The notes below the pieces were generated by a model. The model did no database searches, had not been told where the DNA came from, and saw nothing but the letters and a program-made list of their open reading frames with translations. From Candidatus Poribacteria bacterium (GTDB lineage Bacteria > Poribacteria > WGA-4E > WGA-3G), in NCBI GenBank assembly GCA_965198235.1, contig OZ240248.1, positions 4,192,001 through 4,256,000 of the forward strand: a DNA stretch of 64,000 nucleotides, written 5' to 3'. The translations under genes were made by a program, and so were the position numbers. Of this stretch, positions 21,063 to 30,903 are shown piece after piece. Each line of letters begins with the position of its first letter. The first letter of the stretch is position 1.

Positions 21063-21141
21063 GCGAGGCTTACGCACCGCACGCTTCCCTGGTGCGCTGT
21101 TTAAGTGAACAGTAGAGGCACAGTCTTAGCGTAAGTCTCGC
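21063..21141. repeat. Short element with GCGAGGCTTACGC / GCGTAAGTCTCGC inverted ends (related to 5289-5411)
   Basis: 13-bp IR with 1 mismatch that shares the CTTACGC core. Confidence 0.5.
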
Positions 21142-21210
21142 TTAAAACGCCTTAAGAGATTTCGCCGTTTTTCAGGTAAAAATTCGTTTGTTCGCATTTT
21201 TTCTGGGACC

Positions 21211-21255
21211 ATGCACCCTTTCTGCCTAAAAATGGTATCTTTAATTATAAAAGGG
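21211..21255 (+). promoter_or_regulatory. Putative ECF-type promoter, copy 2 (upstream of the ECF sigma gene)
   Basis: Same blocks and spacing as 18309-18353. Confidence 0.6.
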
Positions 21256-21524
21256 TAAAACTATGTCCCGAATTTAAGAGTTGCTGCCCACTATCGTGTT
21301 TGGTATACTCTTTTTAGAAAACGAAAGGCAGTTTTACATAGATAAAACCTCAGTCTATCGGTAACCTTCACGATGCGTCAGATAGAGTACGCGGAACTGC
21401 TACAAATTCTTCTCGTTGATGGCTGATGGTTAACATTCGACTGCTAATATCTGGCTGTGTGTCTGTTTAAACTCGGTGGAACATAATCGTAACCCAATCT
21501 ATTTCTTAATCACGGAGTACTCCA

Positions 21525-24512
21525 ATGGAAACAAAAGACGATGTTCAACTGATTCATAGGATATTGTCCGGCGACGACGCGGCATTCAATGCCTTAGTCC
21601 GAAAGCACCAAAAGGGTATTCACGCCCTTGCATGGCGGAAGGTTGGTGATTTCCACATCGCTGAAGAGATTGTACAAGACACTTTCCTTCAGGTCTACAA
21701 GAACCTCGCGCAGCTCAAGAATCCGAATCAGTTTTCCGGATGGATGTATGTCATCGCCAGTCGACTCTGCCTTAAATGGCTTCAAAAGAACAAGAACACA
21801 TCTGTGATGCAATCGTTGGAGGACACACCTGTGGAAGAAATTGAAGAATCCTCTTACACACATTACGTATCGGAACAACGACTGACAGAAAGGACTGAGC
21901 GTCGTCACGAACTCGTCAAAAAACTTTTGGCAAAGCTACCGGAGAGTGAGCGTACAGTGGTAACACTCCACTTTCTCGGAGAAATGACAGCAAAGGAAAT
22001 TGGAAAATTCTTAGGTGTGTCGGTGAACACGATTAAGAGTCGACTTCGCCGCGGGCGGAAACGTTTACAGGAACAACGAGAGGAACTCCTGGTGAGCGAA
22101 ACACTCGGGAGCATCCCATTCCCTGCCCACGTGACCGAGCGTATCATGGAACAAGTGGCTAACATGAAACCGATACCTGCGCCGGTTGGAAAGCCATTGA
22201 TACCGTGGATGGCTTTCGGGACAGCTGTGGTTTTCGTTATTTTGATGCTCGGCGTGAGTAATCAGTATCTTGCCAGATTTCAGAAGCCGTATAGTTTCGA
22301 GGCGGAATCTGAACCCACAATTGAAATTGTCGATACTCCTATCGTCCTTGACATTGTATCAAAGCCATCGATACGCAATCAGTTTGGACGGGCTGCCACC
22401 CCGGGTAAAAGCAGCAGTGCAGGTATTCAGGTCTCTGAAGCAGTTTTGAGATCCAGTGCGCTGGAGGATTCTCTTAAGCTTGGGACTTCCTCGCAGTGGA
22501 CGCAGGGAAACGCGCCGCCAGGGGGACGTGTACAGGATATGTTCGCTACATCTGAAGGAACTGTCTATGCTGTTGCACCAACAGGAATGTACAGATTAGC
22601 GGCAGACGCAACCGTATGGACGCGCGTCAACGCAAGCGTTCCTATTGGCAACTCTCGAATGCCGATGGCAGAGCATAATGGAAGCCTTTATATCGCCTCT
22701 GTGGATGAAATATTCACTTCAGTTGATCGCGGTGAGTCATGGCACACGTTGGGTCTCCGACCAAATGGACACACAGTTGGACTCATCATTACAGACGCAC
22801 CCCAAGATGCCGATTCACAAGCAGATCTCACGATGTATCTTGCGCTTAGAGATGAAGGCATTTTCCGATCCACAGACGGCGGAACACAATGGCATCCGCT
22901 TAACGATGGATTGACAGGCGAAATAATTTCCGTAGTCGCTGCTGTTGGAGAAACGATATTTATAGGTACAGGGCGCGGTCTCTATCGTCTCGATTCAGAT
23001 GTTTGGAAAAAGTTGCCGGTGGAAACATCAAGAGCCATCTATTCTTTGACAGTATCCGGGAATAACCTCTATGTTGGAACCGGTCCCGATTTATTGGGAT
23101 TAACGTCAATAAAAACAGGACAAGTGGTGCCAAAAGTTGAGTCGCATGTACTCAAGATTTTCCATTCAGCTGACCTGGGAGCGTCGTGGACTGAAATAAC
23201 ACCAAGCTATAAATCTGATGACCAAGTGATACCATCTGGCATAACAGTTTTGGCTGCCGGTAAGACGCTCTTCGCGTCAAGTGTCAAGCACCAATATCGT
23301 TCAACAGATGGTGGACAAACCTGGACAAAACTGCCAGGAGACACAAATATGATCATGATCAACAGTCTTCCAGCCGTGGCGGCGAACGAGAGGACATTTT
23401 ACAGAACGGGTCCATACGGCATTTTTCGGACAACGGACGGTGGTAAGTCGTGGGGTCTATTTGTAGATGGGATGGCAGGCACACGCCTAAAGGATGTGGT
23501 TGTCCTCAACAACAGATTATACGCGCATACAGGCTATGAGGTTTATCAATCAACCGATGAAGGTGTGTCTTGGAAAAAACTTGTGATTGACGGGAGCTTT
23601 TCGGTGGAGTCTACTGAGTTTGAATGGTCAGAAAAAGATAAGAACAAGGCTCGCGTCTATATCTTTTTTTATTCAAAACTGATAGTGGATGGCAACCGTC
23701 TTTATTTTCTTACACGTCAAGACAACAAATTGAAAATTTTCCGCTTATCTACAGATGGCAATACGCTCAGTCTCGTTCAAGGCATACCTACCTTCGATGA
23801 TAAAGCATTATCTCCCGAATTGTGGATAAGTGGCACGGTGGTGAAGACAACACACGCAGCCGACAGCTCCAAAAAAGACGATGAGTCAATCACTACATCT
23901 TTTGTTCCTGGAGGTGTGGCAGTCAAAACGGTTGCAGTCAGTAGTGATGTGTTCTACGTGGAATACAAACGCGGTCTTTTCAAATGGAGACTTGGAGATC
24001 CAGAGTGGATAAATACTGGATTGATAGATACGAGTGACATGTTCGATGGTGATTCCAGAAAGGGACTCAAGATAGCGGTTTCGGGAGAAACCGTCTATGT
24101 AGGTAAGCGAGATGGTAAATTGTTTCAGTCACTTGATGGAGGGAACAGTTGGAGAGACATCACACCAAACCTGCCTCTTCGCTTTACCCACTTCAAAGAG
24201 ATAGCCTTTGCAGCAATGACCGTCTATGTGTCAACAGATGCAGGAGTCTTGAGTTCACAAACCGGCGAACATTGGAATGTGCTAACCAATAGCATGAGGG
24301 CACACACTATTATAGACAGATTTGCAGTGGAGGGCACACAGGTTTATGGTATCGGCGATGCAGGAATCTATCATTTGGACGCTGGTAGTCAATGGAAACA
24401 GGTTGCTTCAGATGTGCCAGATGAAATCAATGCTCTCGCCATCGCTAACAATAAACTCTATAGTGCTACTGAAGATCGTGGGATATTGCACATCTCGCTT
24501 GAAGAGGAATAG
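21525..24512 (+). CDS. ECF sigma-70 factor fused to a TM helix and an extracytoplasmic BNR/Asp-box beta-propeller
   Basis: Region 2 (AEEIVQDTFLQVY, FSGWMYVIA), region 4 (LPESERTVV..EIGKFLGVSVNTIKSRLRRGR), TM about aa 228-246, and 7-8 SxDGGxxW boxes. Confidence 0.9.
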   Translation: METKDDVQLIHRILSGDDAAFNALVRKHQKGIHALAWRKVGDFHIAEEIVQDTFLQVYKNLAQLKNPNQFSGWMYVIASRLCLKWLQKNKNTSVMQSLEDTPVEEIEESSYTHYVSEQRLTERTERRHELVKKLLAKLPESERTVVTLHFLGEMTAKEIGKFLGVSVNTIKSRLRRGRKRLQEQREELLVSETLGSIPFPAHVTERIMEQVANMKPIPAPVGKPLIPWMAFGTAVVFVILMLGVSNQYLARFQKPYSFEAESEPTIEIVDTPIVLDIVSKPSIRNQFGRAATPGKSSSAGIQVSEAVLRSSALEDSLKLGTSSQWTQGNAPPGGRVQDMFATSEGTVYAVAPTGMYRLAADATVWTRVNASVPIGNSRMPMAEHNGSLYIASVDEIFTSVDRGESWHTLGLRPNGHTVGLIITDAPQDADSQADLTMYLALRDEGIFRSTDGGTQWHPLNDGLTGEIISVVAAVGETIFIGTGRGLYRLDSDVWKKLPVETSRAIYSLTVSGNNLYVGTGPDLLGLTSIKTGQVVPKVESHVLKIFHSADLGASWTEITPSYKSDDQVIPSGITVLAAGKTLFASSVKHQYRSTDGGQTWTKLPGDTNMIMINSLPAVAANERTFYRTGPYGIFRTTDGGKSWGLFVDGMAGTRLKDVVVLNNRLYAHTGYEVYQSTDEGVSWKKLVIDGSFSVESTEFEWSEKDKNKARVYIFFYSKLIVDGNRLYFLTRQDNKLKIFRLSTDGNTLSLVQGIPTFDDKALSPELWISGTVVKTTHAADSSKKDDESITTSFVPGGVAVKTVAVSSDVFYVEYKRGLFKWRLGDPEWINTGLIDTSDMFDGDSRKGLKIAVSGETVYVGKRDGKLFQSLDGGNSWRDITPNLPLRFTHFKEIAFAAMTVYVSTDAGVLSSQTGEHWNVLTNSMRAHTIIDRFAVEGTQVYGIGDAGIYHLDAGSQWKQVASDVPDEINALAIANNKLYSATEDRGILHISLEEE

Positions 24513-24764
24513 TAGTGTCCCGAGGAGAACAATACCTTTTTCCAAGCATATTTGGAAAGTGCACCTACTGGCTACACATGTCCAGTTCCTGAAGAGAAGA
24601 CTCAGAACAATAAAACCTACTACACAACCGGCACCGGACGAGTCCTGAAAAACTCACTTGGTGCCAGTTCTTTTGCAGGACACAATTTGTCCCGATAATT
24701 TTAAGTGATTTTTTCCAAAACCTTCGGATTAAACCCCGTAGATTATTTTTATTCGAGAGAAAAA

Positions 24765-26606
24765 ATGGTTAGCGACAACACACATCTCCCCAATACAGAA
24801 TCAGAATCTCGTCCTTCCGCCGTCCAGACGTTGCGCCGTTTTTTCTTTGTCGCGTGGCGAGTGAGTCCATTCGGAGCAATTGCACAGGCATTTCTGACAC
24901 TCGTCCACGGGTGTATCCCGATTGGCATCCTCTGGGCAAGTCGGGGGCTGGTGAACCTCATCACAGCGATTCTCGCCAAGGAAACGGAACCAAGTTTAGA
25001 GACCGCCACACCGTGGTTGATTGCCCTCGTCCTTTTGGCGACGCTCAGAAATATAAGTGGCACTTATGACGGCTACTTGCGATGGAAGATGCAGAACCGT
25101 ATTAAAGTTCATCAACAGCACGCCTTACTTGAAGCTGCGACACATATCGACTTCGCCCTCTTCGATCAGCCACAAACCTACGATCTGATACAACGAGCGC
25201 GACAGGCATTGGACCATCGACTCACTAATTTTCTGCGATTTCTAACAGAGATTGGACAGCTCTGCGTAACGCTTGTGGGATACGGTGTTCTCCTCTGGAT
25301 CGCGGATCCGCTCCTCGTGCTTGTGGTGGTGTTACCCGCAGTCCCTTCCGCTTGGCTCAAAGTTAAGGCAGCCAAGAGGGGGTACCTCTACGATTACTAT
25401 GCGACACCCGTACGTCGTATGATGGATTACATGCTCGGTCTACTCCTCGGTTCATCATCTGGACAGGAGGTCCGACTCTATGGACTTTTCGATCGCTTTT
25501 TTGGACGTTGGCGAACGAACCATCGTAAATGGCGGAAAGAATCCCTTGCAATGATTTGGACGGAAATAAGGGCTTCTATCGGCACAACTATCGCTGAAAT
25601 TGTTGCTTATGCCACAGCAATCGGCATACTTGCGGCGCGCATTGTAGACGGCGATCTCACGCTCGGAGATTACGTCGTGCTTACCGGTGCAGCGGCAACC
25701 TTTCAAGGAAATATGGAAGGATTGCTTTCACAAATACAAAACGTCCTTGAAGACTTACCCCTGCTTCGGGACTTGCATCTCTTCTTGGAACGAGCGAAAA
25801 ATGCCCGCATGCAAGCAGGAACAAATACATTTCCGAAGCCCCTACAACAAGGCATCGAAGTTCGTAATCTACGCTTCCGGTACCCGGAGGCAACCGACGA
25901 TGTACTACAGGACCTAAACTTTCACGTGCGTCCCGGGGAAGTCGTGAGTATTGTAGGGGTTAACGGCGCAGGAAAATCGACACTCATCAAATTGTTGCTC
26001 GGTCTCTACCAACCCAATGACGGAACAATCCACTATGATGGCGTAGATGCCGCGTCAATTGCACCGGAACAGATAGCCCTTAACTGTGCCGCCGTTTTCC
26101 AAGATTTTACGCGATTCCGCCGACGTGTGCGAGAAGAACTCGTACCGGGACCGCCAGGTCTCCACATTGACGACGATACGCTCTGGCGCGTTATCAACGC
26201 CGTTGGTATCAAGGATCGTTTTCAAACGCTTCCACACGGTTTAGATACATATCTGGATCCTTCACTCGGCGAAGATGGAGAAGGTGCTGAGTTATCTGGC
26301 GGAGAGTGGCAAAAAGTCGCGCTTGCGCGGGCTTTGGCACGAAATCCTCAAGTTCTCGTCCTTGATGAACCGACCGCTGCTCTGGACCCGCAAGCCGAAG
26401 TCGAACTCTACCAGCGTTTTGTCAAACTTGCGACTGGACGAATGACCTTTCTGATCTCACACCGAATCGGGTCTGCCCGTCTCGCGGACCGAATCTTGGT
26501 ATTAGATGCAGGTCGTATTGTCGAAGATGGCACACATGAGACGTTGCTTGCCAGAGATGGACTCTATGCCCAATTCTTTAGAGCGCAGGCACACTGGTAT
26601 CAGTAG
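24765..26606 (+). CDS. ABC exporter, fused permease/ATP-binding protein
   Basis: TMD plus GVNGAGKS, LSGGEWQK, VLDEPTAALDP and ISHR. Confidence 0.9.
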   Translation: MVSDNTHLPNTESESRPSAVQTLRRFFFVAWRVSPFGAIAQAFLTLVHGCIPIGILWASRGLVNLITAILAKETEPSLETATPWLIALVLLATLRNISGTYDGYLRWKMQNRIKVHQQHALLEAATHIDFALFDQPQTYDLIQRARQALDHRLTNFLRFLTEIGQLCVTLVGYGVLLWIADPLLVLVVVLPAVPSAWLKVKAAKRGYLYDYYATPVRRMMDYMLGLLLGSSSGQEVRLYGLFDRFFGRWRTNHRKWRKESLAMIWTEIRASIGTTIAEIVAYATAIGILAARIVDGDLTLGDYVVLTGAAATFQGNMEGLLSQIQNVLEDLPLLRDLHLFLERAKNARMQAGTNTFPKPLQQGIEVRNLRFRYPEATDDVLQDLNFHVRPGEVVSIVGVNGAGKSTLIKLLLGLYQPNDGTIHYDGVDAASIAPEQIALNCAAVFQDFTRFRRRVREELVPGPPGLHIDDDTLWRVINAVGIKDRFQTLPHGLDTYLDPSLGEDGEGAELSGGEWQKVALARALARNPQVLVLDEPTAALDPQAEVELYQRFVKLATGRMTFLISHRIGSARLADRILVLDAGRIVEDGTHETLLARDGLYAQFFRAQAHWYQ

Positions 26607-26642
26607 AAACTGCTCACAAGAATGGAAACCGTCTGTCTTGAC

Positions 26643-26768
26643 CGAACCGCAAGGAATAATTAATCAGGATAATTCCAAAAACTGAGTTCGGAATGAAATG
26701 GAGAACGGCTCTACGGAGGTGGATGGCAAATGCCAATCCGACTTGATCGAACCGCAAGGAGCAATTAA
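26643..26768 (+). repeat. Direct pair of CGAACCGCAAGGA...ATTAA repeats
   Basis: Copies at 26643-26663 and 26748-26768. Family also at 44025, 59437 and 59584. Confidence 0.7.
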
Positions 26769-26771
26769 AGA

Positions 26772-28619
26772 ATGCGAAATGTAAAAGAAACATTGAAGAC
26801 ATGGGGATCCATAGTTAAAGAAAGCCTCGTCGCCTATATCCGAACCTTTTCGATCACTTGGCAGAACGGTTCATTGGCACTTTTGGGTGTACTGCTTCTC
26901 ACGCTGTTGCTCGGTGTTGTGCCTGCCGGTCAGTTTTTTGTGACGGAACACTTAGTCAACGCAATCACCGCCGCTATAGGAGACACCGATTGGTGGAAGC
27001 TAGTTGTTCCGTGGTTGATAGGTTTGATCGGTTTACGAATTCTTAGCATCCTTGTCGATCTGTTACGGGAGCCACTGCGTCTTCACGTCGGAGAAAACAT
27101 CGAGGCATGGATGAATGAGAGTATCGTTCGGAAATCCAATACAATAGAGTTAACTGAATTCCAGACACCAGAATTTCAAAACGCGCTGGCGCGAGCACGT
27201 GCAATGTCGGGTATAGAACTTGATGAGATTGTCTGGTGGATCTTTGACAGCCTCCAACAATTAATCAGTGCCATTACACTTGGTATCGTGCTCTGGCGTT
27301 ATCATCCGTTGTTGGCACTGCTCCCTATGGTCACAGGTTTAGCTTCTTGGTGGAGCGGTTCACGTTTCGCTGCCAGTGTTTACAATCTTGATGTAGAACA
27401 AACACCACAACGACGAGAGCGAGATGCATTAGAAGGAATTCTGACGGATCGTGGAGCAGGCAAAGAAGTTCGGTTATACCAAGCGCAGGATTTATGGATA
27501 ACGCGCTGGAGAAAGTTATGGACGGAGTTAATAGAAGAACAACAAGTAATTGAACGGCGTAAATTTTTCGCACATCTTATGATCGACATAGCACGCGGTA
27601 TGTTATACGCTTGCTCGCTAATCTTCTTACTGCTGGAAGTCTTCCGTGGTGGCTTGACTGTTGGAACTTATATCGCCGCTGCTGCCGCACTCGTTCAATT
27701 GGATGGTATTTGGAACGAGGTTACCGGTTATTTTCAGTGGATAGGAAACGAGATGCGCCGTTTGTCAGGAGACCTGTACCCGTTTTTGGATCGCGACTCA
27801 GACACAATCAAAGCAAAGACAGGAGGCGAATACCCTTCAGAATCTCACAATAATTCATTCCAGACCACTGAAGAACCTCCATATCTTCGGATAGAAAATG
27901 TTTCATTCCTCTATCCAAATACGCAAGTACCCGTGTTAAATCACATAAACGTGACTTTAAAAAAAGGGGAGCGAGTCGCACTGGTAGGACCCAACGGGGC
28001 AGGGAAAACGACACTGGCACGTGTACTGTTGGGACTCTATCGCCCACAGACAGGCACAATTCACGTAGGGGATGTCCCATTAAACGAAGAGAATCGTCAA
28101 GAGTGGTTGACGCATTGCAGTGCCGTTTTTCAGGACTTCACCAGCTACCACCTCACTGCACGCGAAAACATTATCTTCGGCGACTTAGAACACCCCGAAC
28201 GTATGGAAGCGGCCTCAATTGCTGGGGGCGCAGCTTCGGTTGTTGACGGACTCACCGCAGGTTACGAGACGACACTGGGTCCCACCTTTGGAGGACGCGA
28301 TCTCTCCGGTGGCGAATGGCAACGCCTCGCAACAGCCCGGAGTTTCATGCGGGAAACCCCATGGCTGGTTGTCCTCGATGAACCGACTGCCGCACTCGAC
28401 CCTCTCGCTGAACAAGCGATCTACGAACGATTTATTGAACGGAGCGCAGGACGGACATCGGTATTAATTTCACACCGTCTCTCCTCTGTACGCACCTGTG
28501 ATCGGATTCTTGTAATTGATAACGGAACAATCATTGAGGATGGGGACCATGAGACGTTATTGGCGAAAGATGGGCTTTACGCCCAGTTTTTCAGAGCACA
28601 GGCGCAATGGTACGTTTGA
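26772..28619 (+). CDS. ABC exporter, fused permease/ATP-binding protein (likely heterodimer partner)
   Basis: GPNGAGKT, LSGGEWQR and LDEPTAALDP. C-terminus nearly identical to the upstream gene (YAQFFRAQA.WY). Confidence 0.9.
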   Translation: MRNVKETLKTWGSIVKESLVAYIRTFSITWQNGSLALLGVLLLTLLLGVVPAGQFFVTEHLVNAITAAIGDTDWWKLVVPWLIGLIGLRILSILVDLLREPLRLHVGENIEAWMNESIVRKSNTIELTEFQTPEFQNALARARAMSGIELDEIVWWIFDSLQQLISAITLGIVLWRYHPLLALLPMVTGLASWWSGSRFAASVYNLDVEQTPQRRERDALEGILTDRGAGKEVRLYQAQDLWITRWRKLWTELIEEQQVIERRKFFAHLMIDIARGMLYACSLIFLLLEVFRGGLTVGTYIAAAAALVQLDGIWNEVTGYFQWIGNEMRRLSGDLYPFLDRDSDTIKAKTGGEYPSESHNNSFQTTEEPPYLRIENVSFLYPNTQVPVLNHINVTLKKGERVALVGPNGAGKTTLARVLLGLYRPQTGTIHVGDVPLNEENRQEWLTHCSAVFQDFTSYHLTARENIIFGDLEHPERMEAASIAGGAASVVDGLTAGYETTLGPTFGGRDLSGGEWQRLATARSFMRETPWLVVLDEPTAALDPLAEQAIYERFIERSAGRTSVLISHRLSSVRTCDRILVIDNGTIIEDGDHETLLAKDGLYAQFFRAQAQWYV

Positions 28620-28627
28620 TCGTTCTT

Positions 28628-28652
28628 GTAGGAGCGATCTCCTGGTCGCGAC
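28628..28652 (+). repeat. GTAG-type REP
   Basis: GTAGGAGCGATCTCCTGGTCGCGAC, which matches the reverse complement of 54611-54632. Confidence 0.65.
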
Positions 28653-28780
28653 TTACCCCACAGAACTGGCAGAAAAATGATTTTCTAACTATGGGAATAT
28701 CAGCGTTGCTCCATTACATTACGCAACGGTCTCCGGTAAAGTGAGGAACCTTTGAAACCTAAAGTAGGCTCTCTACTTCT

Positions 28781-28818
28781 CCAGAAACCATCGTGGAACG
28801 TAGTGGAACGATGCCCAG
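28781..28818 (+). repeat. 38-bp repeat, inverted copy at 30866-30903
   Basis: CCAGAAACCATCGTGGAACGTAGTGGAACGATGCCCAG; 35/38 identical to the reverse complement of the second copy. Confidence 0.8.
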
Positions 28819-28827
28819 AGTTAATAG

Positions 28828-29703
28828 TTAAGAAAGGTTCTCCGCCAAGATCTTAATCAACTCAGCCAAAGTTGGAAACTCGTCACGTGCTTCAGGTGGG
28901 AGATCCGCGAGGTGTGTGTCTCCAACAAACCGATACATGTCCGCCGCACCTGTCAAGATATTCGGTGTCAACCCGACATGCGCAAAGGTTGCCGAAATCT
29001 CTTCCATCTCACCGATCCAACGTCGCGCTTTCGGGGGCATACTCGGCAGCCCTCTTTCCATCCGCTCAAAAAGTGCCGATTGACTCAATTGAAACTCCGC
29101 TGTGAGTGCCTCTGAAACCCCTAAAACGGATGCCGCTGTGAGCAATTCTGTGCAGAGCGCGGTTAACCCTTTTGTCAAGGAGGCATAGCACATCTTAATC
29201 GCAGAGGCAAGTCCTATCTCTGCGCCGAGAGCCCGCACATCTAATCCATAATTGTTGAGTTCTGAAAACAGGTCAAGGTCGGGTCCCGATGCGTAGAATC
29301 GCGTCGCCCCCGGAGTCCGAGGAGGTGGACCGATGATGGACGCATCGACGAAGGTTCCACCCGCCGAGGTGATAATGTCCCCTAATTTACGAACCGTTTG
29401 CGGGGCAATAGCGTTGCAATCGGTGTATGTTAACGTCGTGTCCACCTGCTGTAGTGCTTCTGCGACTACAGACGCAGCAGATATCGCCTGTGCAGGCACC
29501 ATGATTGAGAGGATAAGATCGGCTTCAGTGACGAATTGTGGATATGTCGGTACGCCCACAATGCCTGCTTTCTCAGCAAGCTGCCGAGTGCGTTGACTCC
29601 TTCCCTCCAAGCAGGCGATGACGCGCAAACCGTTTTGACGGAGAACACCACCGACAGTGTGTCCCATATCACCGGGACTTAAAATTCCAACAGTGCTAAG
29701 CAT
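28828..29703 (-). CDS. NAD(P)-dependent oxidoreductase (6PGD NAD-binding + DUF1932-like)
   Basis: GILSPGDMG, DASIIGPPP, ASAIKMCYASLTKG and RWIGEMEEI motifs. Confidence 0.85.
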   Translation of the reverse strand: MLSTVGILSPGDMGHTVGGVLRQNGLRVIACLEGRSQRTRQLAEKAGIVGVPTYPQFVTEADLILSIMVPAQAISAASVVAEALQQVDTTLTYTDCNAIAPQTVRKLGDIITSAGGTFVDASIIGPPPRTPGATRFYASGPDLDLFSELNNYGLDVRALGAEIGLASAIKMCYASLTKGLTALCTELLTAASVLGVSEALTAEFQLSQSALFERMERGLPSMPPKARRWIGEMEEISATFAHVGLTPNILTGAADMYRFVGDTHLADLPPEARDEFPTLAELIKILAENLS

Positions 29704-29747
29704 AGATTACATCTCCTCTCTTTTTCAAGGTAACTTACACAAATTTG

Positions 29748-29773
29748 GTAGGCGCGCTTTCAAAGCGCGCCTA
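29748..29773. repeat. GTAG-started perfect palindrome (REP or terminator)
   Basis: G-TAGGCGCGCTTT-C-AAAGCGCGCCTA. Confidence 0.55.
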
Positions 29774-29811
29774 AGGAGAAAGGTTACCCGACAAATTGCA
29801 CAAAATCTATC

Positions 29812-30846
29812 TTAAATCTGAACGCCTACATCGCTGAGTGCCTTGAATGCCAATATGGCACCGAGCAGAATGACGACAGCAGCACTCATAACAGGCAGAC
29901 GCTGTAGCCAGATGCCTTCGCCCGTAAAACGCTCAATCAACGGTTTTGCCAGCACCATCAGAATACCGATAGCAACCAACACGGCGGCAAGCCCTAACGA
30001 GAAAGCGCACAGGATAATCAGCCCCCAAGCAAGCTTATTGAGACTAATGGCAAATAGGAGCCCGATAAGCGCATCAACACACGGCACGATACCACCGGAG
30101 ATACCGAGCGATAGTAAACCCCAAAAACCGGTCCGTTCCGGCGGCGCATGGCTATGTGTACGTCCACCATGACTGTGTGAATGATCATGGTCATGCGAAT
30201 GATCGTGGTCATGGTCATCGTCGTGTGAATGATCGTGGTCATGGTCATGATCGTCTGAATGATCATGGTCATCGTCGTGCGAATGATCATGGTCGTGATC
30301 GTGGTCATGCGGATGCTGATGCGCATGCCCGTGTCCATGATTGGGACTGTGTCCACCATCGCTGTAATACTGTTTCATGTTTCTGGCGAACAGCCACGCG
30401 CCGATGCCAACAATCAAAATACCAGAGAACAGACTCAACCACGGAACGATATCCTCCGGGGCAAACCCTTGTGCTACCAGCATTATAACACCAAGTACTA
30501 TGACGCTAAAGGTGTGTGTAAAGGTAACGACAAGCCCAAGGAAAACTGCGTCAATTACCCTGCCTTTAGAACCGACGAGGTAAGCAGCAACTATGGCTTT
30601 TCCGTGTCCCGGTGTCAATGCGTGCAAGCCGCCAAGCACGAATGAGATAACGAGCGCAGCAATTATAAATCGGAGGGTAAGCGGTTGGGTCATAAACTCC
30701 TTTATCCGGTCGCCTGAATGCTCATGCCCCTCATCAGCAAAAGCCAACGCGCACGCTATAACGCCGATAAAAATGATACTGATCTGCAATATACGCTTAC
30801 AAGCTGCATTGCCAAAACAAAGATGTTGAAGCATAAAAAAATCCAA
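29812..30846 (-). CDS. rcnA: Nickel/cobalt efflux transporter, RcnA/NicO family, with His/Asp-rich loop
   Basis: [17 protein letters not shown] and GISGGIVPC motifs plus a long (HD)n loop. Start uncertain. Confidence 0.8.
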   Translation of the reverse strand: MDFFMLQHLCFGNAACKRILQISIIFIGVIACALAFADEGHEHSGDRIKEFMTQPLTLRFIIAALVISFVLGGLHALTPGHGKAIVAAYLVGSKGRVIDAVFLGLVVTFTHTFSVIVLGVIMLVAQGFAPEDIVPWLSLFSGILIVGIGAWLFARNMKQYYSDGGHSPNHGHGHAHQHPHDHDHDHDHSHDDDHDHSDDHDHDHDHSHDDDHDHDHSHDHDHSHSHGGRTHSHAPPERTGFWGLLSLGISGGIVPCVDALIGLLFAISLNKLAWGLIILCAFSLGLAAVLVAIGILMVLAKPLIERFTGEGIWLQRLPVMSAAVVILLGAILAFKALSDVGVQI

Positions 30847-30865
30847 TTTTTAAATTATTAAGCTC

Positions 30866-30903
30866 CTGGGCATCGTTCCACTTCGTTTCACGATGGTGTC
30901 TGG
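30866..30903 (-). repeat. Inverted copy of the 28781-28818 repeat
   Basis: CTGGGCATCGTTCCACTTCGTTTCACGATGGTGTCTGG. Confidence 0.8.

Noticed and set aside
24513-24698. About 60 open codons in frame after the sigma gene's TAG TAG (readthrough or RiPP precursor)
   Set aside because: Double stop, no start codon after the GAGGAG, and no leader motif.
30018-30645. Met/Thr/Ile-rich and Arg/Gly/His-rich alternative-frame ORFs
   Set aside because: Other reading frames of the His/Asp repeat in rcnA.
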